A stretch of DNA of 64,000 nt from Macrostomum lignano (GCA_002269645.1 NIVC01000930.1:248001-312000); one strand, 5' to 3'. Shown: positions 12,451 to 28,179, counted from the stretch's first letter. Notes: generated by a model from the letters alone, not told the origin. Numbers and translations are program-made.

Positions 12451-13149
12451 TAAACCACTGAAGCGCGTGACCACTGAATCATAGTGTTATCAGCAGTCAA
12501 TTTCGCTCGCTAGAAAATCAATTAAAAGTGAATTAATGGATCATTGGAATACAGTTTTCTGTTCAATTTCCTCATCTAAATTTTGTTTTAATCGGTTTTG
12601 AGCAAGCTTACATGTACTTTTATCAGTGTCTGCTCATTTCTAGAGACACGCCGAGTTCCATCTGGATGGCTATAGTTATTCCCCAAGCTGAAATTCGTGA
12701 GCTGCAAGCCAGCTCGCGAGTGTAAACAGGAACTTCAGCCAATGTAAGATGCCAATCTCTCTCAGTCTGCGCCGAATCTGCAGCGGTCGAAATTAGGACC
12801 GGGACTGGGGGGGGGGGCTGCTGGGCTGAGGAGTACTTATTCCCACGGGGATCGCCGCTGGGAATTAGTAAAACTGTTGAGGGGCGTGAAGTGCTTGATT
12901 GCATTCTGTTTGCTGGGCTGCTATCAGTTGCAATTGCCATATATGCCGATTGCACCCGCCTCGCGATTGGCCTCAGACTGACGCTTGAGGAGAGAGTCAG
13001 CTCAGCTCTGAGTTCGCGTCAAAGGGGAACAAACTCTCTAGCTTAGGGAATCCAGTGAGTCAGGGGGTGGGACAACACAGATCTTGCTGGCTTCTATAGA
13101 TGCAAAGAGAGATCAGGTAGAGATCAGAGTGAGATTAGAGAAATCAGAG

Positions 13150-13410
13150 AGAGAGAGAGAGAGATCATGCAGAGGTCATACAGAGGTCATACAGAGGTCA
13201 TACAGAGATAACACAGAGGTCATACAGAGGTCATACAGAGATAACACAGAGGTCATACAGAGGTCATGCAGAGGTCATACAGAAATAACACAGAGGTCAT
13301 TCAGAGATAACACAGAGGTCATACAGAGATCATACAGAGATCATACAGATATCATATAGAGGTCATACAGAGATCATACAGAGGTCATAACAGAGACCAT
13401 AAAGAGATTA
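13150..13410 (+). repeat. ~11-bp minisatellite (CAGAGGTCATA)n
   Basis: Direct reading. Confidence 0.9.
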
Positions 13411-13958
13411 TACAGACGTTAGAGAGGAGACAGAGACCATAGTCTCTAGGTTGCTAAATTGCAGTTCCTGACAGGTAAGCAGATAAGCCTCTGCAGCAAG
13501 CGAAGAGTTTCAGTTTTGTTGCAAAGCACAAGAACGCAAGATTGCTTTAGGAGTTTTTGCAAGCATAAAATGTTTTACGACAAAAAATGAATGGCAACTG
13601 AAGATGGGGAACAGAATCAACACAGGCCTGAAAGGATGCAGTCAGGTCGTTGCGAATGAGTAAGCACCTGAGAATTTGAGGTTCTAAAAGAGATAATTGC
13701 AGTGAGGAGGATCCCTAAGCCTCACGAGGTCGTACAACTTTAATCGACAAGAAGGGAAAACTGCAGTCTACATGCGTGCAAGTTTGTTTGCCTTTGGTTA
13801 TGCGAACTCCTCGCGTTGCTTTTTTGAATCTTGAATTTGCCGCTTCGTTTGCAGTCTTTCATTTTAGCTTTTGCTGCTTTGTGTCTCGCATCTGCTGCAG
13901 AGCTCTGCAAAGATTTTTGGTTAAATAACTGACTGTCTGACTGCCTAAATAACTGTTA

Positions 13959-14143
13959 TGTTGTGGTTCTTTCGAGAGTCTTTGCTTCCACAGTTACTTT
14001 TTATTTTTATTTTGGCTTTCTTGCCAGCTTTGCCTCTTTACATATAAATCTTATTTAACGTACAGTGCAGCTCACATTAAGTCATAGACATAGACAAGTC
14101 TGCTGTGGCCGATAAATAAAACTAAATCCACAGCTGCACAGCA
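13959..14143 (-). mobile_element. 3' LTR (~185 bp) of the Gypsy-type remnant
   Basis: Minus strand: polypurine tract AAAAGAAGGGAGG directly followed by TGCTGTG...CACAACA (TG...CA with short inverted ends); AATAAA inside. Confidence 0.7.
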
Positions 14144-14188
14144 CCTCCCTTCTTTTATGAGACAGTCCTCAGAGTCAAACCCGATAGT

Positions 14189-14755
14189 TTACTCGCGGCT
14201 TCTGAGCGAGCCGAGTACTTTGTCGTAGCGGTACAGTTGGCGGCACTGGTGTGGGCTGCTCTTGCATGCTCTGCTCCGTGCCGGGCAACTCGGTCGGGCT
14301 GTCAACAGCTTCAGGAGGTTTTGTACTGCGGCTGATTCCTGCTTAAATTCCGTCTCTTCGACAGCCGCATCTTTCCCCTGGGCCGGGTAGAGTCGCAACT
14401 GATCACGGTGGGCCTTCTTGCACTGTCCATCGGCTAACCTGATTATCGCGGTGTTGCGCTTCCGGTCGGAAAAACAATCTTGACCAGAGCAGCGGTGTTG
14501 CCCGACTTGTACACCAAGTCGTCATCTGAAGACCCACAGGAACTCTGAGTAGAGGTACTCGAATGGTCCTGCCCATCAGCTTCTCTGTCGGCGTGACTCC
14601 ATGCTTTCCACGTGTGGCTCGGTAGAACAGCAGAAACCGATCGAGATTTTTTACTCAGTCCTGTGGCTCGCATCGCCTCCTTCACTGTTCGGACGAACCT
14701 TTCTGCGAGCCCGTTGCTTTGCAGGTGGTATGGTGGGGTTTTTACATGCTGACAA
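14189..14755 (-). pseudogene. Ty3/Gypsy integrase C-terminal fragment, frameshifted and 5'-truncated
   Basis: HVKTPPYHLQSNGLAERFVRTVKEAM (rve motif); after a frameshift at an A-run, LDRFLLFYRAT...TPTEKLMGRTIR. Confidence 0.85.
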
Positions 14756-14771
14756 GCAACACGTACTCTTC

Positions 14772-17122
<2,351 letters not shown>

Positions 17123-17761
17123 GAGACGACGCACGCTTATCTCTCTAGGATACTGCTGTGCAATAGAATCGAAAAAGTTCTCTATTCTATGAAATTCAGC
17201 CCACAGCCATAGGGCCGCTCACTGCTCACCCTAATCCTTGCTAAAGAAAAGCTTTCTCTCTTCATTTGTGCACGCGCAACGCTGCATGCTGCAGCTCAGA
17301 ACAGATTCTGAGTCGAGAGAGGTGCAGTCAGTCAGTGGGATAAATTGGGCAAAATCCCAAGCAGACACTTGGTCAAGAACGGAGCAGAGAGAGAGAGAGA
17401 TAGAGATGGAGGCGGAGACTGCGGCACAGCCTGCAAAATGAGATCAGCCGTCCAGTGCGTTACATTTGGGATAAAGCAGGGACCAAGGAGAAGAGGATTT
17501 TGCCTTCTTCGGCTCTCGACTCGGCCAGGGGACTCGATGGATTGCCGGGGGATCGGCATGATGAGCGAGCACTGCAAATTACATACATGAGGGACGCGCC
17601 GGCACTTCAAAGGGGAGTGGATGGGCCAAGGGGAAGATGAAGCAGTCACAGTGTAGGGGAGCCTTTGCCTGAGAGATTACTAATAACAGGACAATCAAAT
17701 GATAGGCTTTGCCGTGAGGACTGGACGAAGTTCCCAAGGAGGAAGATTAGAGAGATGGGAA

Positions 17762-18670
17762 TACTGGGTTTACCGGGTGCTGGGTTTACCGGTTGCTGGG
17801 TTTACCGGGTACTGCTGGGTTTACCGGTTGCTGCTGGGTTTACCGGGTACTGCTGGGTTTACCGGGTACTGCTGGGTTTACCGAGTGCTGGGTTTACCGG
17901 GTGCTACTGGGTTTACCGGGTACTGCTGGGTTTACCGGGTACTGCTGGGTTTACCGAGTGCTGCTAGGTTTACCGGGTACTGCTGGGTTTACCGAGTGCT
18001 GCTGGGTTTACCGGTTGCTGCTGGGTTTACTGGGTGCTGTTGGGTTTACCAAGTTCTGCTGGGCTTACCGGGTGTTGTTGGGTTTACCGGGTGCTGTGTT
18101 TACCCGATGCTGGGTTTACCGGGTGTTGCTGGGTTTACCGGGTACTGCTGGGTTTACCGGGTACTGCTGGGTTTACCGGGTGTTGCTGGGTTTACCGGGT
18201 GTTGCTGGGTTTACCGGGTGTTGCTGGGTTTACCGGGTGTTGCTGGGTTTACCGGGTGTTGCTGGGTTTACCGGGTGTTGCTGGGTTTACTGGGTGTTGC
18301 TGGGTTTACCGGGTGCTGCTGGGTTTACCGGGTGCTGCTGGGTTTACCGGGTGCTGCTGGGTTTACCGGGTGCTGCTGGGTTTACCGGGTGCTGCTGGGT
18401 TTACCGGGTGCTGCTGGGTTTACCGGGTGCTGCTGGGTTTACCGGGTGCTGCTGGGTTTACCGGGTGCTGCTGGGTTTACCGGGTGCTGCTGGGTTTACC
18501 GGGTGCTGCTGGGTTTACGGGTGCTGCTGGGTTTACCGGGTGCTGCTGGGTTTACCGGGTGCTGCTGGGTTTACCGGGTGCTGCTGGGTTTACCGGGTGC
18601 TGCTGGGTTTACCGGGTGCTGTGTTTACCCGATGCTGGGTTTACCGGGAACAGAGTTTACCCGGTGTTGG
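17762..18670 (+). repeat. 19-bp minisatellite (GGGTTTACCGGGTGCTGCT)n
   Basis: Direct reading; explains the overlapping ORFs in all three frames. Confidence 0.95.
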
Positions 18671-19084
18671 GTTTCGAGCTTACCTGGTCATCAGCTATTC
18701 TACAGTAGTAGAACTACGAGTACAAATCAATATTTTTGAGGAAACTTCAGAGAACTTGATCTGTGAAAGTTCATCGAATACTATGAACTGCTCAGCGAGT
18801 CGAGTGTAGAGTACGTTTGTGCATATCGTGACTTTTTCGGTCACTGCCTAATTTAGATTTTTTCTATTCTAACAGAACTACAGTTCGTGATTACTTGTCT
18901 GAGGTAGCATTGCGCACGCACTCTGAGGGTTTGGGTGGCAATTGGGGAAATGAGATATAAAGACTTATTTTTTTTAAATAATCAATTTCATTGTATGATC
19001 AAGATTATAGAGTGGGTGATACCCCGCAGGGAGAAGTGGAAAGAGAGGTGAGATATAGTGAAATGTGACACAGTAGAGAGTTTA

Positions 19085-19680
19085 TAGGAGATGAGAGGAG
19101 AGGAGAGGAGAGGAGAGGAGAGGAGAGGAGAGGAGAGGAGAGGAAAGGAAAGGAAAGTAGAGGAGAGGATAAGACTTAGAGAGGAGAGGAGAGAAGAGAA
19201 GAGGAGAGGAGATGAGAGGAGAGGAAAGTAGAGGAGAGGATAATACTTAGAGAGGAGAGGAGAGAAGAGGAGAGGAGAGGAGAGGAGAGGAGAGGAGAAG
19301 AGAGGAGGGGAGGAGAGAAGAGGAGAGGAGATGAGAGGAGAGGAGAGGAGAGGAAAGTAGAGGAGAGGATAAGACTTAGAGAGGAGAGGAGAGAAGAGAA
19401 GAGAAGAGGAGAGGAGAGGAGAGGAGAGGAGAGGAGAGGAGAAGAGAAGAGAAGAGGAGATGAGAAGAGAGGAGAAGAGAAGAGGAGATGAGAGGAGAGG
19501 AGAGAAGAGGAGAAGAGAAGAGGAGATGAGAGGAGAGGACAGGAGAGGAGAGAGAGGAGAGAGAGAGGAGAGGAGAGGAGAGGAGAGGAGAGGCGAGGAG
19601 AGGAGAGGAGAGGAGAGGAGAGGAGAGGAGAGGAGAGAGAGGAGAGAGAGGAGATGAGAGGAGAGGAGAGCAAGGGAGCA
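19085..19680 (+). repeat. (GAGAG)n polypurine microsatellite
   Basis: Direct reading. Confidence 0.95.
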
Positions 19681-20304
19681 GAGCAGTAAGGGAGAAGACA
19701 CAGGCAGCAGGGCAAATCAGAGCGAAGCGGGCAGGCCCTACCTATCCTTTCAATCCAACCCCAAGCTTCCAGCCAGCAGCGGTTCAATCGGTCTTCCCCT
19801 CTACCTTGCTGCAATTATTCTAACAAAATATTGCTGGCGGAGCAGAAGCAGCCAGTAGAGTTTAATAAGGAAAAACTTGGGCAGCAATTAATTTTAATGG
19901 CCCAAAGCCAAACCAACCCCCCTCGCTTCGTCTCAGCTGGGCCGCCAATTCCCCACAGTCAACTCAGCCCCCTCAGCCCAGAGCACTGAGCAGTCTTGGC
20001 TTTCTTAGACAACATGCAAATCCTTTTCTCCTTACCCGACGGGCTCAGGGTATCAATTCTGAACTCAGGGTCTTTGAACTGCCTCCCGTGTGACTGCGCA
20101 TACCAATGCTCTCAGCTCTGCCTCCGTTTGATCATAGCTAATGCTTCTTGCTTTGACAAGTTCATTCAGATATTTCATGCTTCAGAAGAACTTGTTTTCG
20201 CCTTGCCATTTGTTGCGAGAAAGTCTTCTGGTGCAGTTCTTTTTAGAGAGGGAAACCGGATAAAGCATGTGTTGGTTGTTTATCCACAAGAGAATTTTTT
20301 ATCT

Positions 20305-21595
20305 GATCTCTCCCCTCCTCTCCCATGTCTCCCCTCCTCTCCCATGTCTCCCTCTCCCATGTCTCCCCTCCTCTCCCATTTCTCCCCTCCCCTCCCATGT
20401 CTCCCCTCCTCTCCCACGTCTCCCCTCCTCTCCCATGTCTCCCCTCCTCTCCCATGTCTCCCCTCCTCTCCCATGTCTCGCCTCCTCTCCCATGTCTCCC
20501 CTGCTCTCCCATGTCTCCCCTGCTCTCCCATGTCTCCCCTGCTCTCCCATGTCTCCCCTGCTCTCCCATGTCTCCCCTCCTCTCCCATGTCTCCCCTCCT
20601 CTCCCACGTCTTCCCTCCTCTCCCACGTCTCCCCTCCTCTCCCACGTCTCCCCTCCTCTCCCATGTCTCCCCTGCTCTCCCATGTCTCCCCTCCTCTCCC
20701 ATGTCTCCCCTGCTCTCCCATGTCTCCCCTCCTCTCCCATGTCTCGCCTCCTCTCCCATGTCTCCCCTGCTCTCCCATGTCTCCCCCCCTCTCCCATGTC
20801 TCCCCTCCTCTCCCATGTCTCCCCTCCTCTCCCATGTCTCCCCTCCTCTCCCATGTCTCCCCTCCTCTCCCATGTCTCCCCTCCTCTCCCATGTCTCCCT
20901 CTCCCATGTCTCCCCTCCTCTCCCATTTCTCCCCTCCCCTCCCATGTCTCCCCTCCTCTCCCACGTCTCCCCTCCTCTCCCATGTCTCCCCTCCTCTCCC
21001 ATGTCTCCCCTCCTCTCCCATGTCTCGCCTCCTCTCCCATGTCTCCCCTGCTCTCCCATGTCTCCCCTGCTCTCCCATGTCTCCCCTGCTCTCCCATGTC
21101 TCCCCTGCTCTCCCATGTCTCCCTCCTCTCCCATGTCTCCCCTCCTCTCCCACGTCTCCCCTCCTCTCCCACGTCTCCCCTCCTCTCCCACGTCTCCCCT
21201 CCTCTCCCATGTCTCCCCTGCTCTCCCATGTCTCCCCTCCTCTCCCATGTCTCCCCTGCTCTCCCATGTCTCCCCTCCTCTCCCATGTCTCGCCTCCTCT
21301 CCCATGTCTCCCCTGCTCTCCCATGTCTCCCCCCCTCTCCCATGTCTCCCCTCCTCTCCCATGTCTCCCCTCCTCTCCCATGTCTCCCCTCCTCTCCCAT
21401 GTCTCCCCTCCTCTCCCATGTCTCCCCTCCTCTCCCATGTCTCCCCTCCTCTCCCATGTCTCCCCTCCTCTCCCATCTCTCCCCTTCTCTCCCATCTCTC
21501 CCCTCCTCTCCCATCTCTCCCCTCCTCTCCCATGTCTCCCCTTCTCTCCCATGTCTCCCTTCCTCTCCCATGTCTCCCTCTCCCATGTCTCTCTT
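20305..21595 (+). repeat. 19-bp polypyrimidine minisatellite (CTCCCATGTCTCCCCTCCT)n
   Basis: Direct reading; stop-free in all six frames, giving artefactual ORFs. Confidence 0.95.
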
Positions 21596-22014
21596 CCTCC
21601 CTATATCTCCTGAATAGAGGAACTGAATTCCCTCCATCTCTACAAAAATTCAAATATCGACTCGTTAACATTGTTGAAGAGACCAATTGGAGCTGAAGAT
21701 TGCTGCTGGTCTCGCAACCAATAACCAGGACCGGAGCAAGGACTGAGTTGCAGACCTATTGACCCAATTTTATCAAGTGGTTAATCTATCAACTAAGTTT
21801 GCTGCAAGGACTACAAGTGCTGCAAGTTGTTAAGTAGTCCTTGGTTTGCTGTTGAAGACGGCACAGAAACGAAGAATTGATCGAATATATCTGTCTTTTT
21901 CACCTGCTGCTGAAGAAAGTCCATGTAAATTTTGCTTTTTTTAAATGTCCTGTTGGGTCACGGGATTTTGAGACGCAAAAAACAGCAAGAAGATAATGTA
22001 GTGTGCAAAAGCTA

Positions 22015-22590
22015 GGGGAGAAGTGGAGAGAGGAAGAGAGAAGTAGAGAGAGAGAGAGACAAGTAGAGAGAGAGAAGTAGAGAGAGGAAGAGATAAGTAG
22101 AGGTCGAGAGAGAAGTAGAGAGAGAAGTAGAGAGAGAGAGAGAGAAGTAGAGAGAGAAGTAGAGAGAGAGAGAAGTAGAGAGAGAAGTAGAGAGAGAGAG
22201 AGAGAAGTAGAGAGAGAAGTAGAGAGAGAGAAGTAGAGAGAGAGAGAAGTAGAGAGAGGGAGAGAGAAGTAGAGGTCGAGAGAGAAGTAGAGAGAGAGAA
22301 GTAGAGAGAGGGAGAGAGAAGTAGAGGTCGAGAGAGAAGTAGAGAGAGAGAAGTAGAGAGAGGGAGAGAGAAGTAGAGGTCGAGAGAGAAGTAGAGAGAG
22401 AGAAGTAGAGAGAGGGAGAGAGAAGTAGAGGTCGAGAGAGAAGTAGAGAGACAGAAGTAGAGAGAGGAAGAGATAAGTAGAGGTCGAGAGAGAAGTAGAG
22501 AGAGAGAAGTAGAGAGAGGGAGAGAGAAGTAGAGGTCGAGAGAGAAGTGGAGAGGGAGAGAGTAGATAGGGGATAGAGAAGCAGAGAAGT
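22015..22590 (+). repeat. (AGAGAGAAGT)-type purine repeat
   Basis: Direct reading. Confidence 0.9.
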
Positions 22591-22998
22591 AGACAGCAAT
22601 CCTGCAGTGCTGGCGAATTTGCAGTCCAAGGCAAATAAGATTACAAAAACTCTTCCAAAGCTTTCAAATATATGCAGCGATCTCGACAAAGGAAATTAGC
22701 GATCGAACAGAAGAACTTTGCTCGATATCAGCTCTAGTATTTATTTTATCACTGGACAACCATTTTTTCAAGTGCGAACAGGTTCGAATATGTCTGCGGC
22801 TACGCAAGGTTAAATGTTTTAGTTAATTCGATAATTTTTACACAGACAACCTTCGAAGTGCTTCGCTTTCAGCTCGCATTGGGCCAAGTAGATAGGACTG
22901 AGATAAAAGTTCGACAGAGGGACAGGCGCACAACCTTGATTCCGCTTCGCGACAACCTATTCATTGAGACAGCGTGTTGGCAGGCAGCTGACTCTGCT

Positions 22999-25900
22999 TT
23001 AGTTTTCATTGACGCTTCGCTTCTTGCGGTAGGAGCTGCGATAGTAGCGGCTGTAGTACTCGCCAAGCAGAGTGCCCAGGTCCTTCTCGTTCATCGAGCA
23101 GTCGGTCTTGCAGGAGCGGATGCTGGACCCGCGGATGCCGAGGGCGGAGCTGACGCAGCACTGGCCTGGCGGGCAATCCGAGTCCACCTGGCAGTCGATG
23201 CGGCGTGGCATGCCGAAGTCGTAGTAGCGCGGCATCTCTCGCTCGCAGACGCCGCCGTATCCTGCGTAGTGTTTGATTGGTTGGTATTTTTAGCACAGGA
23301 GGGTTTTTCAGACGAGTCAGGGGGCAGAGAACGCAGAATGCGTTTGATTGGTTGCTATTTTTAGCACTCCCTCGACAAGTGAAAATCACGGGCTCTTCTA
23401 ATTGGTTGCTATTTTTAGCGGGGCAGGGCTACCCCTGAGCAAGGAAAATCTTTTTTGCTTGTTTCTATTTTTAGCTCAACAGTTTTTCTCCAGAAAGTAA
23501 AGTTTAGCGTTCAGTGTTTCTTTAATTGGTTCGCTAATTTTATGCCCTCGCTAAATTTAGGTTTTAAAAAATGGAAACCCAATGAAAAGGTTCCCGATTA
23601 TTGAATACTCGGAGCATTAAAAGTGCAAACTTACTAAAGATAGTCCATAAATTAAAATGGCCCATTGCAGTTCTCTATGAAAACACAAAACTTTCAGGCA
23701 AAAGTTGTCCCAGCCACTCAACAAACTGCATTTTATCCTTGGGATTCGAAATCCAATTCTGCAACCGGAAAACGGCGCCGCGCCCTTCCCAGTGCCACAA
23801 TTTGATCAGCTTAAGGAGGCTTTAAAATCCCCCCGATGGGACTTCAGAGTGCTGGGAATCGGCGACAGACGAGAAGGGAAGAGCGAGGATGAAGACTGGG
23901 AGACTCCCCGGTCTCATGGCAAACTTGGAATATTCGATAAGGCTGGGGAACAGCCCGCTGGGGATTCTGACTTGGGAAACGATTTCTCCTGCCGCACGGA
24001 ACCTCAGCTTTCAATGCTTCTTTGTTGCCAAGTAGGGCAGAGAATCTTCTTTTCGGGGAACTGCTCAGAATGCTCACAACTCTGCCATGCGCCCCCCGCA
24101 CCCAACGAAATAAAATGCCACTTCTAGCGGTTGCTAACTGAATTCTGGAGAAAGAGAATTTGATTGAGGGGAAAATGGTTGATTTTATGGACCGGGCCGA
24201 GCTGGGCGCCTCATCAATTTTCAGCTCCCCTGCCGCTGCTGCTGGCTTCTTAGCCGCCCAGCAGGAATGCAAAATGAGGAGAGCTGCAGTGGCGGCTCTT
24301 CTCCCCACAGAATAAAAATTGGCCAAGCAAAACAGAGAGAACTGGCCCCTCATTGCGTGGCGCGGAAATGTAAAAAAAGTCAGTGGCACAAGAAATTATG
24401 GCAAGAGATTTCTGGCAGCACTCTGGATGTGGCCGCTGAGCCAGCTGTGCAACATTTATTAACGAAGTTTTAAGTGGCAGCTTTTTTGGACCCAAAACTG
24501 CATGTGGATACTAAAAATAGACTTTATTGTAAATAGACATCCGCGATGGAAGTCTGGGTGGTGCATTGATGGGAACATATTGCAACGGTACTCATGTGGT
24601 TTAAAAATATCCCCAAAAGAAGCGCTCCGTATGGAAAGCTTTTAGAATTGGTATATTTATTTTTGTCTGGGTCCCCGATGTTGGCTAGATTAGCAATCCA
24701 TTCTATTCCTTCATCAGTGATGCTGGCTAGATTAGCAATCCATTCTATTCCTTCATCAGTGAGATGCTGGCTAGATTAGCAATCCATTCTATTCCTTCAT
24801 CAGTGATGCTGGCTAGATTAGCAATCCATTCTATTCCTTCATCAGTGAGATGCTGGCTAGATTAGCAATCCATTCTATTCCTTCATCAGTGAGATGTTGG
24901 CTAGATTAGCAATCCATTCTATTCCTTCATCAGTGAGATGTTGGCTAGATTAGCAAGCCATTCTACTCCTTCATCAGTGTGATGCTGGCTAGATTAGCAA
25001 TCCATTCTATTCCTTCATCAGTGATGCTGGCTAGATTAGCAATCCATTATATTCCTTCATCAGTGATGTTTGCTAGATTAGCAATCCATTATATTCCTTC
25101 ATCAGTGATGCTGGATAGATTAGCAATCCATTCTATTCCTTCATCAGTGATGTTGGCTAGATTAGCAATCCATTCTATTCCTTCATCAGTGATGCTGGCT
25201 AGATTAGCAATCCATTCTATTCCTTCATCAGTGATGCTGGCTAGATTAGCAATCCATTCTATTCCTTCATCAGTGTGATGTTGGCTAGATTAGCAATCCA
25301 TTCTATTCCTTCATCAGTGAGATGTTGGCTAGATTAGCAATCCATTCTATTCCTTCATCAGTGAGATGTTGGCTAGATTAGCAATCCATTCTATTCCTTC
25401 ATCAGTGATGCTGGCTAGATTAGCAATCCAATCTATTCCTTCATCAGTGATGTTGGCTAGATTAGCAATCCATTCTATTCCTCATCAGTGTGACGTTGGC
25501 TAGATTAGCAATCCATTCTATTCCTCATCAGTGTGATTTTGGCTAGATCAGCAATCCATTCTATTCCTTCATCAGTGATGTTGGCTAGATTAGCAATCCA
25601 TTCTATTCCTTCATCAGTGTGATGCTGGCTAGATTAGTAATCCATTCTATTCCTTCATCAGTGAGATGTTGGCTAGATTAGCAATCCATTCTATTCCTTC
25701 ATCAGTGAGATGTTGGCTAGATTAGCAATCCATTCTATTCCTTCATCAGTGTGATGCTGGCTAGATTAGCAATCCATTCTATTCCTTCATCAGTGTCACT
25801 CATCAGGGTCACTCACTCTTATACCCGTATCGGCAGACCAGGCCATCGCAGCACACCGTGTCCGAGTAGCAAAACGAGCCCTCAAAGCCACACTAAAAAG

Positions 25901-26150
25901 GTGCAAAAAGGTGAAAATCGCAAATGACGAATATCGAATATCTTCAGCACACACAGATCTCATCAGCGCAGAAACCGATATCAAATTTCAACGAATAGCT
26001 TATAGTTAGATCGAATATGATGATTCGATTGCAACTCACGTTGCTATCTGAGCCGCCGCCCATGATCCTGATGAAGCCCGCAGCCTCCCTAGGACCCATG
26101 CTGATCGACAGGGCGACAGTCAGAGCAATCAAAATGGTTGCAGCTGTCAT
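22999..26150 (-). CDS. Secreted Cys-rich protein, 149 aa (signal peptide + ICK/knottin-like module + prokineticin/colipase-like module + KKR site); exons 26040-26150, 25817-25892, 22999-23261
   Basis: Donors AAC|GTGAGT and A|GTGAGT, acceptors TTTAG| and CGCAG|; phases 0 and 1 join in frame: MTAATILIALTVALSISMGPREAAG...CGFEGSFCYSDTVCCDGLVCRYGYKRYGGVC...CQVDSDCPPGQCCVSSALGIRGSSIRSCKTDC...RKKRSVNEN. Confidence 0.85.
24685..25795 (+). repeat. 42/44-bp minisatellite in intron 2 of the Cys-rich gene
   Basis: GATGCTGGCTAGATTAGCAATCCATTCTATTCCTTCATCAGT, about 26 copies, ending about 20 bp from the donor. Confidence 0.95.
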
Positions 26151-26347
26151 TTCGCTGCTTTGTTAAAATATGGAATTCAGGGAAAACTTTTCTAAGGTTG
26201 AAAAATAGTTTTCTTAGGATCGACTTGAACAGCTAGCGCGCCCTGGAGATGCCGCCGGGTCCCTGTTTTAGCTGACGAAATTGAAGACTTTTTCAGCCGA
26301 TCGACTAGATAGTGATTCTTTCCAGCGGCAGCCCGAGTGCAGTAGGG

Positions 26348-26353
26348 TTTATA
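26348..26353 (-). promoter_or_regulatory. Candidate TATA box (TATAAA) of the Cys-rich secreted protein gene
   Basis: GGGGTATAAACCC on the minus strand, about 200 bp upstream of the ATG. Confidence 0.4.
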
Positions 26354-26459
26354 CCCCCACCGAGGCTGGGGTTCCTGACCAATGGGGAGAGGCCTCAGAC
26401 TGGCTGGCAGTTTGAGGAGCTAGCTCGATCATTGGCAAATCACATTCTGAGCATGGGTA

Positions 26460-27285
26460 CCATGATACTCTAACATCATGAGACTCATTATCATGAGAGT
26501 TGAGCATCAGGAGACTTCAGTATCATGAGAGTCTAGCATCATGAGAGTCTAGCATCATGAGACTTCAGTATCAAGAGAGTCTAGCATCATGAGAATCAAG
26601 CATCATGAGAGTCTAGCATCATGACAGTCTAGCATCATGAGACTTCAGTATCATGAGAGTCTAGCATCAGGAGACTTCAGTATCATGAGAGTTGAGAATC
26701 AGGAGACTTCAGTATCATGAGAGTTGAGCATCAGGAGACTTCAGTACCATGAGAGTTGAGAATCAGGAGACTTCAGTATCATGAGAGTTGAGAATCAGGA
26801 GACTCCAGTATCTTGAGAGTTGAGCATCAGGAGACTTTAAGAAACGGACACTTCTGTAGCATAAGACTTCAGTAATATACACTTCAGTATCATGAGACTC
26901 CAGTATCTTGAGAGTTGAGCATCAGGAGACTTTAAGAAACGGACACTTCTGTAGCATAAGACTTCAGTAATATACACTTCAGTATCATGAGACTCCAGTA
27001 TCTTGAGAGTTGAGCATCAGGAGACTTTAAGAAACGGACACTTCTGTAGCATAAGACTTCAGTAATATACACTTCAGTATCATGAGACTCCAGTATCTTG
27101 AGAGTTGAGCATCAGGAGACTTTAAGAAACGGACACTTCTGTAGCATAAGACTTCAGTAATATACACTTCAGTATCATGAGACTCCAGTATCTTGAGAGT
27201 TGAGCATCAGGAGACTTTAAGAAACGGACACTTCTGTAGCATAAGACTTCAGTAATATACACTTCAGTATCATGAGACTTCAGTG
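26460..27285 (+). repeat. Compound minisatellite: ~16/25-bp CATCATGAGA units grading into ~5 copies of a 95-bp unit
   Basis: GAGACTTTAAGAAACGGAC recurs at 26831, 26926, 27021 (period 95). Confidence 0.9.
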
Positions 27286-28179
27286 AACAAACACCAGTCA
27301 CTTCAGCAACAGACACTTGAACAGCCAAGCCTTTTTCAACCAAACATGCAAATACCTTTTCCATGGGATGCTAGCTAATGCAGTCTGTGTTGATTAATAA
27401 ATCAGACATATGCAGTTTCATGCACACGGTTCTGTATCCGATCCGCCCCAGCTTCATTCCTTTAGCGCGTAATTACGCACACAGCGAATGCAAAGGGAGA
27501 ACGACGGCCACAAAGGACCAAAAATCGATGACCTGAATCGAAAATTTTTCTCTCTAGAAGTCCTTCTCCAAGCACACCAGGCCAATGCTTGGTCGATGCA
27601 GATACAGCTACACCCGGTCTCTGTGATACATACAGGGCCATATATTATTTTCCCACAGCAAAGCAACAATTAGAGCTAGAATGGTTGACAGGTGAGAATT
27701 CTCTCACAAAGAAAAATTGTGTATCATGAAATATTCATTAACACTAAACACTACACTATTATGATTATTTATTGCATTCTGTTGTAAGGGAAACAAACAG
27801 ACAGCAGTGCTGCATTTGGCAACTAATAATATTTACTCTTTCCATTTCATGCCATCTGCATATTTATTGATTTGTATTATTATTGAACAGTCGGATACAG
27901 TAAAACTCATAAGACAATGGCAGTACAGACCGACCATACAAGACAAACAGCAGGCATTTGGCGTAAAGCAAAACAAGAAAACAAGAGGATTACAAAACAA
28001 GACATATTATAATTGCGACAACAAATTTGAATAGTGTTTAGCTGCATATTTTACCAATAGAACAATATTTATTGTTTATAATTACAGTCAAACATTGGAA
28101 TTTTGTTGATTATTGGACACATTGAGAATCCAAACGCAATGCACATTTTCTATATTTGGAATTTTGCTTATGGGGAGAT

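Noticed and set aside
12623-12955. 110-aa ORF, and the ORFs at 23705-24495 and 52025-52776
   Set aside because: No motifs, signal peptide or consistent splice context recognised; treated as chance ORFs in GC-rich non-coding DNA
17762-18670. GGGTTTA within the 19-mer as an interstitial telomere
   Set aside because: Only one heptamer per 19-bp unit; it is not a TTAGGG or TTTAGGG tandem run
17699-22689. Long ORFs of 200-566 aa (GFTGCCWVYRV, SPLLSHVSPP, GEEGRHGRGG, SLSTSL repeats)
   Set aside because: They are translations of 19-bp and purine/pyrimidine tandem repeats that lack stops in several or all frames; no domain content
24685-25795. Regular 42-bp repeats (also the 20-47-bp arrays elsewhere) as possible CRISPR arrays
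   Set aside because: Head-to-tail units with no unique spacers, no cas genes, and a eukaryotic intronic context
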